From Pelagomonas calceolata (Eukaryota), in the NCBI GenBank assembly GCA_918797485.1, contig CAKKNE010000002.1:1302001-1366000 (forward strand): a stretch of 64,000 nt of DNA, read 5' to 3'. A program made the position numbers and the translations under genes. Positions 10,660 to 22,582 of this stretch are shown here, one piece after another (position 1 is the first letter of the stretch; each line of letters begins with the position of its first letter). The notes beneath the pieces are model-generated. The model worked only from the letters and a program-made list of their open reading frames with translations, was not told the origin of the DNA and ran no database searches.

Positions 10660-10874
10660 CTCGCATTTTGAAAGTTGCAGCGTTTTCAGCGCTTGCAGGA
10701 CGTATTGCGACGAACAGGATGCAGCAGCAGTGCAACTGATCCGTCGTTATTGGACGACGCCAGCAAAAGCGGCTCAAAACGAGCGTATAGCCGTGTTGTA
10801 GGACTGCACCCTTCTTGCGGGCGTGCCGAGGCAGCGCTGGGCGTCGCATCGGTGGAACGCAATAGCTAGAAGCA

Positions 10875-12026
10875 ATGGCGTCCGCCGCACAAATCGCCGC
10901 CGCACAGAAACTCGCCGACGAGATGGCGGCGGCGGCCGAGGCCGAGGACTCGGACGACGCGCCGCTCGAGTCGCTCGTAACCGTGACGAACAACGGCGCC
11001 GCCGACCGCGATGCGAGCGACGACGAGGTCATGCCGACGCCGAAGCGCCGCGGCCCGCCGACCGACGAGGATCTAGCAGAGGCCCTCGACACGGACCTCG
11101 CGGCCAGAAAACCGCTGCCGGACTTTAGGAGAGACGGTCCGAGGGTGGGCGAGACCATCCGACGCAAGGTCGAGCGCCCCACGGGCCCGGCCTGGGCCGA
11201 GGGCAAAATCATCGGTTATTTGGGACCGGACGAGAGCGATTTTGTGGACGCGAACGGCGCCAGAGCCGCGTTGTATCGCGTCCGCTACGAGAGCGGTTTA
11301 CGGGAGTTGGTGGGCGACGAGGAGGACTTGGAGGAGTGGGAGGTCAACGACTCGTCGGCCGACCGGTCGCCGCTCGACGAGTTCGGAAGGCCCGCGAATT
11401 GTAGTGACGGCGACGACGGCGAGGCCCTGAGCAACTGGGCGCCCTTCACGCCGCGCGCCGCGCCGGCGCGGGCGCCAACATCAATGCCGCCGCGCCGGGC
11501 CGTGCCCGCGTGGGCGCCGCTCGACGCGCCGCCGCCGCCGCCGCGGCCCGAGCCGCTGTCGCCGGGCCGGCGGAAGAAGAAGCGGCCCCTGTTTGATGAT
11601 GACGACGCCTCCGCCGGCTCGCTCGAGGCGGAGCTCGCGGAGCGGGGCCGCCGGATCGTCGAGCGGACTCGGCCGACGGTGCGCGACGCGGGGAGCGACT
11701 CCGAGGAGGACTTCGTGCCCGGCGCGCTCGACGTGGAAACGCTCCGCGCGATGGGCCTCATAGCCGGCGCCGCCCCGCCGGTAGCGCCGGCCTATGCCGT
11801 CGTGGTGCCCGCGCCGCCGCCGCCGCCGCCGCCGCCCGACGAGGCGCGGCGCCTCGCTGCGGACCCTTCCATAGACCTCCGGGAGGCGTATCGCCGCGAG
11901 CAGGCGTCGCGAGCGCCGGCCGTCGCGGCGCCGGCCGTTGACGAGGACTCGGACGATAGTGACGACGCGCCGCTCGAGTCGCTTATCACCGTGAGGCGGC
12001 GCGACGACTCTAGTGACGACGACTAA
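10875..12026 (+). CDS. Low-complexity protein with a Tudor-like (PTM/DIR17-like) domain
   Basis: 'G.I..Y....LYRVRY....GDEEDLEEWEV'; acidic and Pro-rich flanks. Confidence 0.65.
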   Translation: MASAAQIAAAQKLADEMAAAAEAEDSDDAPLESLVTVTNNGAADRDASDDEVMPTPKRRGPPTDEDLAEALDTDLAARKPLPDFRRDGPRVGETIRRKVERPTGPAWAEGKIIGYLGPDESDFVDANGARAALYRVRYESGLRELVGDEEDLEEWEVNDSSADRSPLDEFGRPANCSDGDDGEALSNWAPFTPRAAPARAPTSMPPRRAVPAWAPLDAPPPPPRPEPLSPGRRKKKRPLFDDDDASAGSLEAELAERGRRIVERTRPTVRDAGSDSEEDFVPGALDVETLRAMGLIAGAAPPVAPAYAVVVPAPPPPPPPPDEARRLAADPSIDLREAYRREQASRAPAVAAPAVDEDSDDSDDAPLESLITVRRRDDSSDDD

Positions 12027-12027
12027 A

Positions 12028-12843
12028 CTAGCTAGTGTTACCCCAGGCCAGCGCTGCCACGAGCAGCGCCGCCGCGTAGCCGTGCGCGTCGGCCTGGAGA
12101 CGCCGCGCAACGGCCGCGACGAGCGGGTTCTCGCGCGGCGGCGCCGGCAGCGCGCGCATCGTCTCGGCCGCGCGCCGCGAGAGATCTAATGAAACCTCGC
12201 AGGCCTCGCGCGCGGATTCCGGCGGTTCTAGGCCCGCGAAGCGCCAGCAGCCGTCGACGAAGCCGAAGTACCTTTCTAAGAATTTGCGCCATTTTTTCGC
12301 GGAGTAGGACACGTCTTTTTGGGGAGCGAGCGTTCTAAGAACTGCTTTGCGGTCGAAATAGTGCGTGTGAGTTTTTTTGGAGACCTGGCCGCACAACTCC
12401 CGGTAGGCATTCGCCAAACCGGCAAACTCCTTCTCGCCGCAACACACGGGCGACGAGGCCAGTCGATGCAAGACGTAGATCGCTTTGGTTGTGGAGCGCG
12501 CGTCGGTTTCCGCACATCTAGACCACGCTTTGTGTAATAACGACCCGTAGGGGTCGCAGGACGGCGACGTGTAGGCCTCGAAGGCGCCGATGCTCAGGGC
12601 GATGGACTCGACGTGTTTGGGTTTCGGGGCCTGGCTGTCCGGTCTCGTCGCCTTCAGAAACGCCTGTTCAAAGTCCGACGACATGGAGGCTTTCAACTCG
12701 CGCATCCAGTTCTTTACCTTCTTGCGGGCGCGGTAGCGCAGGGCGCCCTCGCCGCCCATCGATGCTGGCTTGATCACGCTGCTGCTCTGCTGCTTTGCTG
12801 CGGCAGCGAGGGCGCAGAGGCAGCCTAGGTGCAGGGGGTGCAT
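12028..12843 (-). CDS. ANTH/ENTH-like domain protein with N-terminal signal-like peptide
   Basis: 'LKATRPD..APKPKHV' and 'KAIYVLHRL'. Confidence 0.7.
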   Translation of the reverse strand: MHPLHLGCLCALAAAAKQQSSSVIKPASMGGEGALRYRARKKVKNWMRELKASMSSDFEQAFLKATRPDSQAPKPKHVESIALSIGAFEAYTSPSCDPYGSLLHKAWSRCAETDARSTTKAIYVLHRLASSPVCCGEKEFAGLANAYRELCGQVSKKTHTHYFDRKAVLRTLAPQKDVSYSAKKWRKFLERYFGFVDGCWRFAGLEPPESAREACEVSLDLSRRAAETMRALPAPPRENPLVAAVARRLQADAHGYAAALLVAALAWGNTS

Positions 12844-12979
12844 TTTTGGGGGTCGCAGCTAGAAAAGCGATGCGTCTTTACGGAGGGCAAGGTCGCAGCG
12901 ATGCGTCCTTAAGGGCGAGCGCTTCCGGTCACCGCTGCGCGCGCCAATTTGGCAGCTGCAGCCCAGGCTGGCATGGGTT

Positions 12980-13003
12980 GCTAGTGTGTTACAGGACGCT
13001 AGC
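12980..13003 (-). promoter_or_regulatory. Bipartite CTAG intergenic motif
   Basis: GCTAGTGTGTTACAGGACGCTAGC, ~140 bp upstream of the ATG at 12843. Confidence 0.65.
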
Positions 13004-13172
13004 ACGGCGTCGCGCTGGCGTGGATATTTTTGCGGGCTGCGGGCGTCTGGAGTCCAATGACTCATCCAATGCCACTCGCTGGCTTAGGCTATTATAGTTT
13101 CATAATTAGCACAGCTAGGGAAGGCCGCCGTCCCCCAGCGCGTGGCGTCTAGGCCATCGGCGCGTCGCCGTT

Positions 13173-16100
13173 CTACTCCTCCTCGTCCTCCTCGTCCTCC
13201 TCGGCATCCCCCGCCGTCGGCTGGTAGTCCTCGTCTACGTTGCCGGACCGGCGCGGCCGCTTGCTACTAGTAGGCTTGCTGCTGGTGGGCGCCTTGCGCT
13301 TCTCGCCGCGGCCTTGGGGCACCGACCGCGACTCCTCCACTGGTAGCAGCTGCTCTGCCCGGAACCACTCGTCGCGGTCGTCGTCGAGCTTGACCCAGAC
13401 CTTGTCGCCGTCGATCTTGGTCACGACGCCCTCGAGCGCGTCGAGGGCCAACGCGACGGACTGGCCGACGACCAGGTGCGGCGGCGGCGTCTCGTCGTCC
13501 TCCTCAGACTCCGCGTACGAAACAGCCGCACGGGACCGCCGCACGTCGGGCACGGGCTCGACCTCGGCATCGGAACCGACGTCGTCCTCAACCACGTCAT
13601 CAGAAACGACGAATGACCCAGTGGATGGCGCCGGCGCTGGCGAAGGCGCCGGCGCCCGCGCCGGCCGTCGAGGCGGCGGCGGCGGCGCCGCCGCCGGTCC
13701 GACATCCCGGCGCTGCGTCGTCCAGAAACGGCACGCCGTGGCCGCATTGACGACGTCGTCGAGCACCGCGCCGGGCAGCGCGATGAGCGCCGTCAGGCAC
13801 GCGACCGCGAACGCGAAGAAGGCCACGACCGGATCCGACACCGTGCAGGAGCTCTCCACTAATTCTATGTGCGGCTCTATCATCCCCGCGATCTTCTCGG
13901 GCAGCTGGTCGAGCGTGCAGAAGGAATGGTCGATCTCATCTTGTAGGTCTTCAGGAAGTTCTGATCGACAGTCCCAGCAGTTATGTTCGGTGGTCGCGTG
14001 GACGTCCGCGAAGACCTTCTCCAGGACGGCCGTGCATTGAAAACCGTCGCATAGCTTCTGGTTGAGTGCCTTATTCGTCGTCGGCAGCAACGAGAAAATG
14101 ACGTTGCGTCCGCCCTTGATCCAGATACGATGCCTTTCGACGCCGTTCTCACGGTCGCCGTTCTCGTACAAAACGTCGTACGTCGTAGCAATAGAATTTC
14201 CGTTGCCGATGTTGACCATGACCACGTGCCCGTCGAAGATGCGCCCGTCGGCCAGTCGCTCGACATCGACGTGATCGCCAACCTTACAGCTATTGACGAG
14301 GCAGTGTGCGATACAAGAAGCGTGCCTGACGACGATCGCTTTCATGTTCTGTTTAGTCTTCTGTCCTTTTTCCTTCGCTGCTTCAATAGCAACTGAAAAA
14401 TCAGGAGCCCTATCGAACCCGTAATTCCTCCCAGCAATAATAACAGACACGCTGCGCGTCGCTCCGAATATACCCGCCCCCACAGCAAGTAGACCACAAA
14501 CTAAAACGGCGACCGACGACTCGACGCCGGCAAACAGCCCACATGAAGAAGCTATTCCTAATGAATCGAAGCCGGCAAATAATAGAGAAGCGGCCACGAG
14601 AGCGACGAGCACGGCCACGTAAAACGCAAGCAGCGGACCGCGCCGGTACTTGACCGTCACCGAGTGCTTGGCTTCCGACAGCATGTCCACCGACGCCCCC
14701 ATAATCCTAGGGAGGCACAGGCCTAGCGTGACGACGCATACACAGGCCGTCAGGACGCCGGCTCCCAGTCCACACCACGAGGCCACGACAGCAGAGCAGA
14801 AAAACGCTAGAGCGACGCCGATGAGGCGACACAACGCGGCACGCGCACCCGCCTTCCTTAACGACCGCAACATTTCGTCGACGCCGTGCTGATGCACCTG
14901 CCGTTTTGGATCGTCCCTCACCTCGTAATGCGCTTTCCTAAACGTTGTCGGCGTGCGCTTTTTCCAGGGCACGCCAGGGGGGAACTCCTTGACCGCATTG
15001 GCCGCCGCGACGACCTTCAGCGCGGCATCAGCAACATCGGTCGCCGGGACTCGGACGATCGTGTCCTTTGGAAGGACGTCAAAGCCCATGAGCGTCTCGA
15101 GCTGGGGTACTGAGATGGTTACAATTTCATGAGTCGAAGCTAGGAGTTGCCAACGACGATGGTTGTTAAGCTGGGAGGGCGCCGGTTTCACGTACACCTG
15201 CCACCCAGTCGTGTGATAAACAATTACCCCATTCTTTGTAGTGCTACTAGATGTCGGGTCGCACGGAACAAGGTAATAGTCCGGGTAGTCATTCCAACTT
15301 TCACCTGTCTTCAACTTAGGTGGCGGCTTATCTAGGACTTTTAACGTAGAGCTCCGTTTCCCATGCTTCCCACCCGCAGCAAAAAGCGCACCAATGTTAC
15401 TTGCAACGCTCAATGCCTCTGCCGAGACGACAAAGACCTCCGGGACGCCGTACTGCTCGCGACCAAATCTAACAAAACCCACGACTCCTCCAAAAATAGC
15501 CCCAGCTAAACCACATCTATAGCCACCACCGACGATGAAATAGTCCAAAACGATGCCCAACGCACCAAACAACACCAATAATAACGCAACCATCAAGGGA
15601 CAAGCCGGTCGCGGTTCTAGAAGCGTCCCGCGGGGCACGTGGCCGACCGCTATGAAATCCGCTTCGTCCTCCCGTACCTTTCCTTTATCATTTAACCTTA
15701 ACCTTCCAGTTGAATCCGTCTTCACCTCTCCGACAACCCCCACATCATCCTCACTATACGAGGACCGAGCCGCCCTCGTCCAATCGTAAATGGGCATCGT
15801 CCAGCGGAATAAAGCGACAGCAGCGGCCACAACTAGCAGAACCACGACCACATCTTTCGTCGGCAGGTGGAATTGATACGCAAATCCACCGCAAATCGCC
15901 ACCACAGCCAATAACACGGCCACGATCCGCCACCACGAAGACCTCACTTTCACCCAGACGTCGTGCATCACTTTCTCTGAGAGGCGGTAGAGCCCAAAAC
16001 AAGGCTCGTAGGGCGCGATCGCGAAAAGATTGTCCTCCACAAAGGCCTTTCCGCCGCCGCCGATCGGCCGGCCTCCGTTGCCCGGGTCCATCGCCGCGAG

Positions 16101-16944
16101 CACTAATTCCGCGACGGACCCGGGCGCCCCGCCGCCCATCCTGTGTGGAAATCAACACTGAGGCGGGTGAAGTCACGCGTAGCCTCTCTCGCGCTCGTGT
16201 CGAGTTCGCTCGACGCGGTCCGAATGGCCTCAAAATCGAAAAAGAAACCACCAACTTCATCAGAAGATGGAGACGACGCGCGCCGATGGCGTGAAGGCAC
16301 CGCGGCCGTCGTGAAGGTTTTTTTTCTGCGCCGCGCCCTACAACGCATCCTGGAAGCCCAGGTACGTCGAGATCCAAAGCCAGTAGACGCCAAAGTACCA
16401 CACTACACCTAACCACCCGAGCAGGCCCGAGTACGGGATGTCGAACTCGGCCGCGATGATGGAGTCTGGCGCCGTCGGGCCGTCGCGCGCCTCCTCCAGG
16501 ACTTCTGGGGGCGTCGGCGCCCACTTCTCCCGTAAGTCGAGAGAGACGAGCGGCAGGATCGCGTTGATGCCTTTCTCGTACCTTTGTGGAAATCAAACAG
16601 TGAGATAGGTCGCATCGATGACGTAGAATCTCCACGCCATCGAGCAGACGAAGTCGCAATGTTGCGTCGATGGCGTGAGGCGCTTGATTTGATTTCCACA
16701 CAGCCAAGTGCAGCGACAGGAACGTTACCTCTACCGCGACGTCTACGTCGTCCGCGCTCGCGGCGCCTACCTTGCGGTAGTAGCGGCCCTTGACATAGCC
16801 CTTGAGCCACACCCGTCCTTCCTTCCACCAGTTGTGGAAGGTGGCGAAGCACACCCAATTGACGACGACGACGAGCCGCTTCGCCTTGGTCACTGGGTTC
16901 AGGATGATGGCCCAATTTATGAGAATCAGCCAGTTGAACGACAT
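13173..16944 (-). CDS. Large multi-pass membrane protein with two Tudor/SH3-like segments (exons 16944-16712, 16581-16366, 16140-13173; true start uncertain)
   Basis: The 988-aa ORF extends upstream in frame across two TIR-bearing introns (FLSL|YEKG and IST|MGGG). Confidence 0.6.
16141..16365 (-). mobile_element. Introner-derived intron with one intact TIR (donor inferred)
   Basis: Perfect CTGTGTGGAAATCAA at 16141 supplies the AG. The GT at 16365 restores the frame. No clear second TIR or TSD. Confidence 0.55.
16582..16711 (-). mobile_element. Introner intron (GC-AG, 130 bp); element 16582-16703
   Basis: TIRs CTTTGTGGAAATCAAA and TTTGATTTCCACACAG. The GC donor lies exactly 8 nt outside the TIR; the TSD has diverged. 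Confidence 0.8.
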
Positions 16945-17641
16945 CTTGCGTGGAGGCGTTCAGCGCGAGCGTTGCGCGCGGTGGCGCAGATGTGTGTCGC
17001 GGCGTCGCCCGCCGCGGTCTCGTAACGCGACTGCGTCCGCAATGCGGCGCAGCGCGCGGCGATGCCCGTCGTCCCGGCGCGGCACGTAGCAGAGGAGCTC
17101 TCCGTCTCGCGGTGCGAGCGGTCGCCGCGTCCCAGCGCCGCAGCAAGGGCGATACTGCTCGGCGCCGCTGCTTCGGCCCCGGTTTTGCAGCGCAGCGCGT
17201 CGCTGTGCCGTTAAGTGCCCGTTCGAAGCTGAGAGGTGCTTTGCACAGCGCGTCGCTGGCTCTGGTGAGTCCAGCGCCGCGTTTGACCAATCCACGCTTC
17301 GATAGCAAGGCCAATAGCAGTACCAGTGCGCTCCATGGCGCAAAGCGGTGTTTGCTGCTACGCATTTTTGAGGAGAAGTACAAAACACTAAAGCATCACT
17401 ATTAACAGTTCAGATTTGTTCACGCGCGTATGTACGCGCAGCAAATTCACTCGGTGCGTCGGTGAAACTGGCTGGACACAACCCGCACGCCCGGTGCGTC
17501 GTGCTTGAGTGCTAAAACGAGGAATGGCGTGCTAGCAGGTACTTTGCGAGAAATCCTTGCGCCCACTAGCCTCGGCTTGCCGCTCGACATCGATAGATTG
17601 CAAGCTGGTTTTTTTGCATCGATCGTGTCCCCCACACCGCC

Positions 17642-18178
17642 ATGTCGGGGCTTAAAATCACCAACAACATAACGAACCTCGACGGCCCGGGCCCGCCGGT
17701 AGTCCAAACCGACTTCGAGCCGCAGGGCGACACCGAGATTAGGCCGTCCTCGATGCCGTGACCATGAGAGTGAGCGCGGAGGCGCGCCCCGACGGTACAC
17801 CCACAGGAATACGACACGGACAAGGGCGACGGCAAGCTCACGATGAACGCCGCGCGCCGCCTGATCGGCGGTCTACGCCGCGGATACAGCCTGGCTGAGC
17901 TCGAGGTCGCGGCCGACCGCGCGATGAAGGACGGCGTCCGCTACGCGTACTGGCTCGCGCAGCCGTACCGCCGCGGCCTCTCGGACTCGCGGCCCACGAT
18001 CCGCGCCTACCGCGAGGCCTACGCGACGCTGAAGGACTTGCCCGGCCACGCGCGCGCGGGCCAGTTCGGTGCCGTGAACCGCGTCGTGGGCGCCTGGGAC
18101 GTTTACCGGCGCTACCCCTTCACGATCTGCGGCGGTGTCCTCATCGCGGCGGCCCCCTTCCTGTCGAAGGGGAATTGA
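17642..18178 (+). CDS. Small hypothetical protein (probable intron ~17699-17806)
   Basis: ORF 17843..18178 extends to acceptor CCCACAG at 17806; an upstream ATG exon fits at phase 0. Confidence 0.5.
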
Positions 18179-18229
18179 GGTGGGCGAGGCGGCACCCGCG
18201 GACTAGACTTTGATAATATACTGGTTAGC

Positions 18230-19550
18230 CTAATGATAATAGAAGTCCTCGAAGATGTGCAAGTCCGGGTGTTCTTGGGCGAGCCAGCTCCACGAGAAGC
18301 CCTGGCCGCACGTTTCCGTGCCGAGGTCGAGGATCCGGAGCGTCGTGATCGCCGCGATGGCGGGCGGGAGAGAGACGACGTCCGCGTTGCCCGCGACGAC
18401 GAGCAGCACGAGGGCCCGGAGCTCCGCGAGCCACGCGGGAAGACCTTGGAGGCCCGCGTCGCGGAGCGTCAGCTCGCGCAAATGGACGAGGCCGCGGACC
18501 GCTTCGGGAAACGGGGCGAGCGGGTAGCCCTGGAGGTCGAGGGCCCGGAGCGCCCGTGGGTCCGCGAGCGCGCGGTCCAGCGCCCGGTTGTTCTCGATCG
18601 CGTCGCCCTCGAGGCCCGATTGCGGCGGCGGCACCTGTGTGGAATACAAATTCCAAGGCCATAGCCTAACTCACTGGTTGAGTTCCACACGGGCGGAACG
18701 GCGCGCACGAGCTTGAGCCGGATCAGCGGCATGCCGCGCAGGGCCTCGGCGAAGGCCGGGATCGAGACGTTCGTCGCCGCGAAGGCGCGGAGGCGCAGCT
18801 CGTCGAGCCACATCGGGCACGGCCGCCAGCGGTGGTCCCCTATGTCGAGCTCCGCCAGGTGCGGCAGCCCGCGGACGTGGTCGAGATTTGAAGGCCCGTA
18901 AACGTGGCGAGCGATGCGCAGCGTCGCTGGGAGCGGCGGAATATCTCCGACCGGCCGCGCGAGCTCGAGCTCGACGAGGCGCGAGAACCCCGCGAGCCAG
19001 GGCGGCGTCCGCACCGTCGGTCCCAGCGAGAGCGCCCGCAGGTTCGGCAGCGCGCGGACCGCGTCGGGCACGGCGTCGGCGTCGCGCGATGCGTAGATAG
19101 ATAGGACCTCGCAGGTCCGGAACCGGTCGGCGGCGTCCACCGGTGGCGACCTGTGTGGCACCGTCGCGTCGATGAAGCGCCGTCAAACGTCGCTTTCCGC
19201 GCCGGCGGCGACCAGTGGGCGAGGAGCGTGAGGTCCTGAACGTCGTAGTTAAGTGCGGCCCGAAAGGCCCGCGCCACCGCCCGCAGCGTGCCGATCGCCT
19301 TGAGGCGTTCCTGCGTCCGTCGCGACTTCGCGCCCGCCGGATCGTGACTCCCGCTGTTGCTCCCGTCCAAGTCCCACGTCCCGCTCACGCACAGGGCCTC
19401 CTCGACGTCGTACCCCCGGGCCGCCGCGTCCAGGCGATGCTCGAGCGGGACGGTGTGGTTCAGGGTGAGGGGGATCGCGGCCGTGCGCGTGAGGTACTTC
19501 ACGAGGAGCGGGACGATCTTCTCGGCACGCTCGACCAAGACATCGCTCAT
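18230..19550 (-). CDS. Leucine-rich repeat protein (exons 19550-19213, 19150-18700, 18634-18230)
   Basis: LxxLxLxx repeats; three ORFs join in frame across two introner introns. Confidence 0.8.
18635..18699 (-). mobile_element. Introner intron (GT-AG, 65 bp)
   Basis: CTGTGTGGAATA...GAGTTCCACACG; TSD GGCGGCAC/GGCGGAAC (7/8). Confidence 0.88.
19151..19212 (-). mobile_element. Introner intron (GT-AG, 62 bp), decayed TIR
   Basis: CTGTGTGGC...TTTCCGCGCCG; TSD GTGGCGAC/GCGGCGAC (7/8); spliced product reads HWSPPVD. Confidence 0.85.
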
Positions 19551-19962
19551 GGTGCGCGTTGGGAAACACGGGTTCTCCACCGCCGAAGTATCCTCGCGCC
19601 GCAAGATTATCAACTCACTTTCAGCTGCAGACTGCTGGCGCTGACGATCCTCCTGGGTGTTAAGTGCGAACCAACGATGAGTTTGGCGCAGTGATCAATG
19701 GCTAGGCGCGTATATCTGGTCTGTGGCTTGTGAGCTCTCGCAATATTTTGGAGCCCTAGGCGACGTTTGGCTGCACAATCGCGGGCCGGGCGCGCTGCGA
19801 CTTGCGGCCCCCGGCCTCAAGCTCCTAGAATCACACAGCAAACGCAGCCTGCGGCCGCGCAGAGGCACTCACAAATGCCCTTGTTGGTCACCCCGGGGAG
19901 CCGATGAAGCCAACATCCCCTTGAATTGAAGCCGCCGGCTCGACGCAATCACAACAAAAAAC

Positions 19963-21953
19963 TTAGTCTGAACCAGAAACGACGTCGAGGCGGCAGCGCC
20001 CGTCCAACCCCAGCGAGTAGCGGAGCCGCGGCCCGGCGTCGAAGCGCACGAGGCACCGGCTTTCGGAGCCCTCGAAGCCGTCCTCATAACGAACGACGAG
20101 GCCGACCGCGTCGGCCGCGCAGCTCAGCGACACCTCGCCCTCGATGGCCCGGGCCGGGAACCCGTCGGACAACTTGAATTCCACTATCTCGCGCTCCGCG
20201 ACGACGTCGCACTCGTACTCATCTAAATCAATGGGAACGAGCTCCCGCCGCGCCGCGCGCCACGCCGCGGCCGCCGCTTTTTGATCAACCCCGCAGATCC
20301 GGTCCGGCAGCGGCGCGTACGCCTTTGACAGATCAGAGGACCGGATCGCGACGGCGACGACGACCGCGCGACCCGGCGCGACGCGCACGCGCCGCCCCGC
20401 GAAGAGCTCCCTCAGTAAAGCGCATCGCCGCCAGAAGCGCAACGCGCAAGCGACGGGGTGGCCCTCGAGGTCGTGGTAGAACGGCTCGCCCGTCAGAACA
20501 ATAACTTCAGCGTCGGTCGAGGGCGCCTCACTCAAATCAGAATATATGGAGAGGGCCACTTCGAAGCGCCTCGCCACATTTGATGCGTGCAGCGCGTCGC
20601 GCGCGTCGGCGCACCAGGCCACCGCATTATCACAGCCCGCGCGCAGGCACGCGAGCGCGCAGATGGCCCCGTCGCCGACGTCCCAGACTTCTGCGGTGTC
20701 GTCGCCCCTCAAACAAGACGCCGCGAGGGCCCGGTGGTCGCTTGGTAACGACGCGAGGCGTCCTGTGGAATATCCCACATGTAATCCGCAAGCACATAAA
20801 GCAGCCGCCGACGTCACGAAGCCGGCGTCGAAGAAGACGTCGAAGACGATGTCCGTGTCCGTGTGCGTCGCCTTCAGGCTGAAGGGCACGCCGGGGCCGA
20901 TGTCGAAGGGCGCGTCCAAAGGTTGGGCCATCTGCCACCAGTGGTCCTGGAAGTCGTCCGCGTCCTCCCAATTCGACACGCCCTCGCCGAAGCCCAGGTC
21001 CATGCGCCAGCGGTAGCCGACGGCGTCGACGCGGCCCCGTTTTTGGACTTGTAGATCGACCTTCGCGCCGGCATGCGCGCCGCGCGCCGGCGGGCTCGAG
21101 AAGCTCAGGTCGAGGACGCGCACGTAGGGCGTGAGCCGCCTTGCGTTACCCAGCCGCGCCGGCGCACACGCCGCGCCGCCCCGGCACCGCTGCCGCCTGT
21201 AGTTGTCCGGGCCCCGCCGTTTCGCGAGCGACGCGTCCTCGAAGAGCGCCGCCTCGACGTACGCACCGCACGGTATGATTGTAGCGTCTTTTGATGCAGT
21301 GCCGCTCGCGAGGACCTCGCGCAGCGTCGGCAACAGGCCCTCTCCTAACAAGCCGTGGTCCGCGAGCTCGCAAACCTGTGCGCAAATCGAGCGGTGACCA
21401 CGCCATCGAGATGAGCGCCGCGACATTTGATTTATGCACTGTCGCCCACCACGAGCGACGCCGGCGTCGGAAGGCTAATAGCGTCGGACCGCGCATTTAC
21501 AATTGTACACCGCTCCTCTTCAAAACCTCCGGCGCGGACGCACGCCGTCGCGACTTTTGACAGAGCGGGCTCCATCTCGCACGCGACCACATGACCTATT
21601 CGGTCCTCTTTGCACAGGAGCTGGGTTAATAATCCAGTGCCGGCGCCGATTTCCAGCGCGACGCAGCCCTCCGGCGCAGCCTCGGCTGCTTGTTTAATCG
21701 CGCGCGCGTAGGCTCGATTACGTTCCGAGTCGTGGAGCATCGCCGCGAGCCACGGCTTGCGCGCGAAGTGCGCCACCGCGTCGTCGCGGTCGTCTTCGAG
21801 CCATCCTAATTCACAATCCTCGTCGAGCGCGCCTCTTAGTGATTGCTCGCGGCCCTCGGCGGCGACGCGGAGGCCGTCCCAGATGGACGTGGCGGTTACT
21901 AGCTTTTCTGGCTGGTGCTCGGTTTTGGTCTTTTTTGTGGGGGATTCGGCCAT
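19963..21953 (-). CDS. PRMT7-like protein arginine methyltransferase, tandem domains (exons 21953-21450, 21375-19963)
   Basis: 'MLHDSERNRAY', 'LEIGAGTGLL', 'CEL.D.GLLGEG' and 'DHWWQ', plus a degenerate second domain. Confidence 0.85.
21376..21449 (-). mobile_element. Introner intron (GT-AG, 74 bp)
   Basis: CTGTGCGCAAATC...TTGATTTATGCACTG; TSD TCGCAAAC/TCGCCCAC (6/8). Confidence 0.85.
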
Positions 21954-22156
21954 GTTTTTTTAGGCTGTCGTTTGCCGCGCGTCGCTCTAGCACTGCTGCA
22001 GCACAGCAGAGATAGCAGCTGATTGATGCAAGCTGAGCCGTGCCGATGCAACCCGGCGTCAACGTCGATCCGTGCGTGCAAGCGAATGTGTCAGGTTCCT
22101 GCGTGCGCTCTGGCAGCAATGCGGCTGCGACGGCTGCACGGCCGCCTTGGGCCCTT

Positions 22157-22175
22157 GCTAGTGTCTATAGCTAGC
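22157..22175 (-). promoter_or_regulatory. Bipartite CTAG intergenic motif (short variant)
   Basis: GCTAGTGTCTATAGCTAGC between divergent genes. Confidence 0.5.
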
Positions 22176-22582
22176 GACGCATTTCACTTTTACTCTTGTA
22201 TTGCTGTAAGCCAGCCTTGTCACCGATCCGTCGACTCCTCTCAAGCAACGGGCGAGATTTCTGGAGGCTTGCTATTGACCTTGTATGCATGAAGCTCGGT
22301 GGAGGATAAGACGCAGTCAGCAGCGTCTGGTGCAGCGTCCAAGGACATTTGAGCGCGAGGGCAAAGCTGATGCTGTCGGCGCGGCATGCTGAGCCGCGCA
22401 GCAATGGATAGCGTGTCGTGTTTGAGATCGCAATCCACAGCCACATCAGGCTCCGAAAAACGCAGCCGCACGCAGCGATGAGGCACGACGCACCGCCGCG
22501 CGCCAGCCGCCGCGGCCGCCGCAGCACGCCGCTGCAATGCGGCAATTCATAACACCGCCATCCCGCCGCAGGCAACGCAACC

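Noticed and set aside
15754..16944. 396-aa ORF as a separate gene
   Set aside because: It runs through two TIR-bearing introns; the spliced frame joins the 988-aa ORF.
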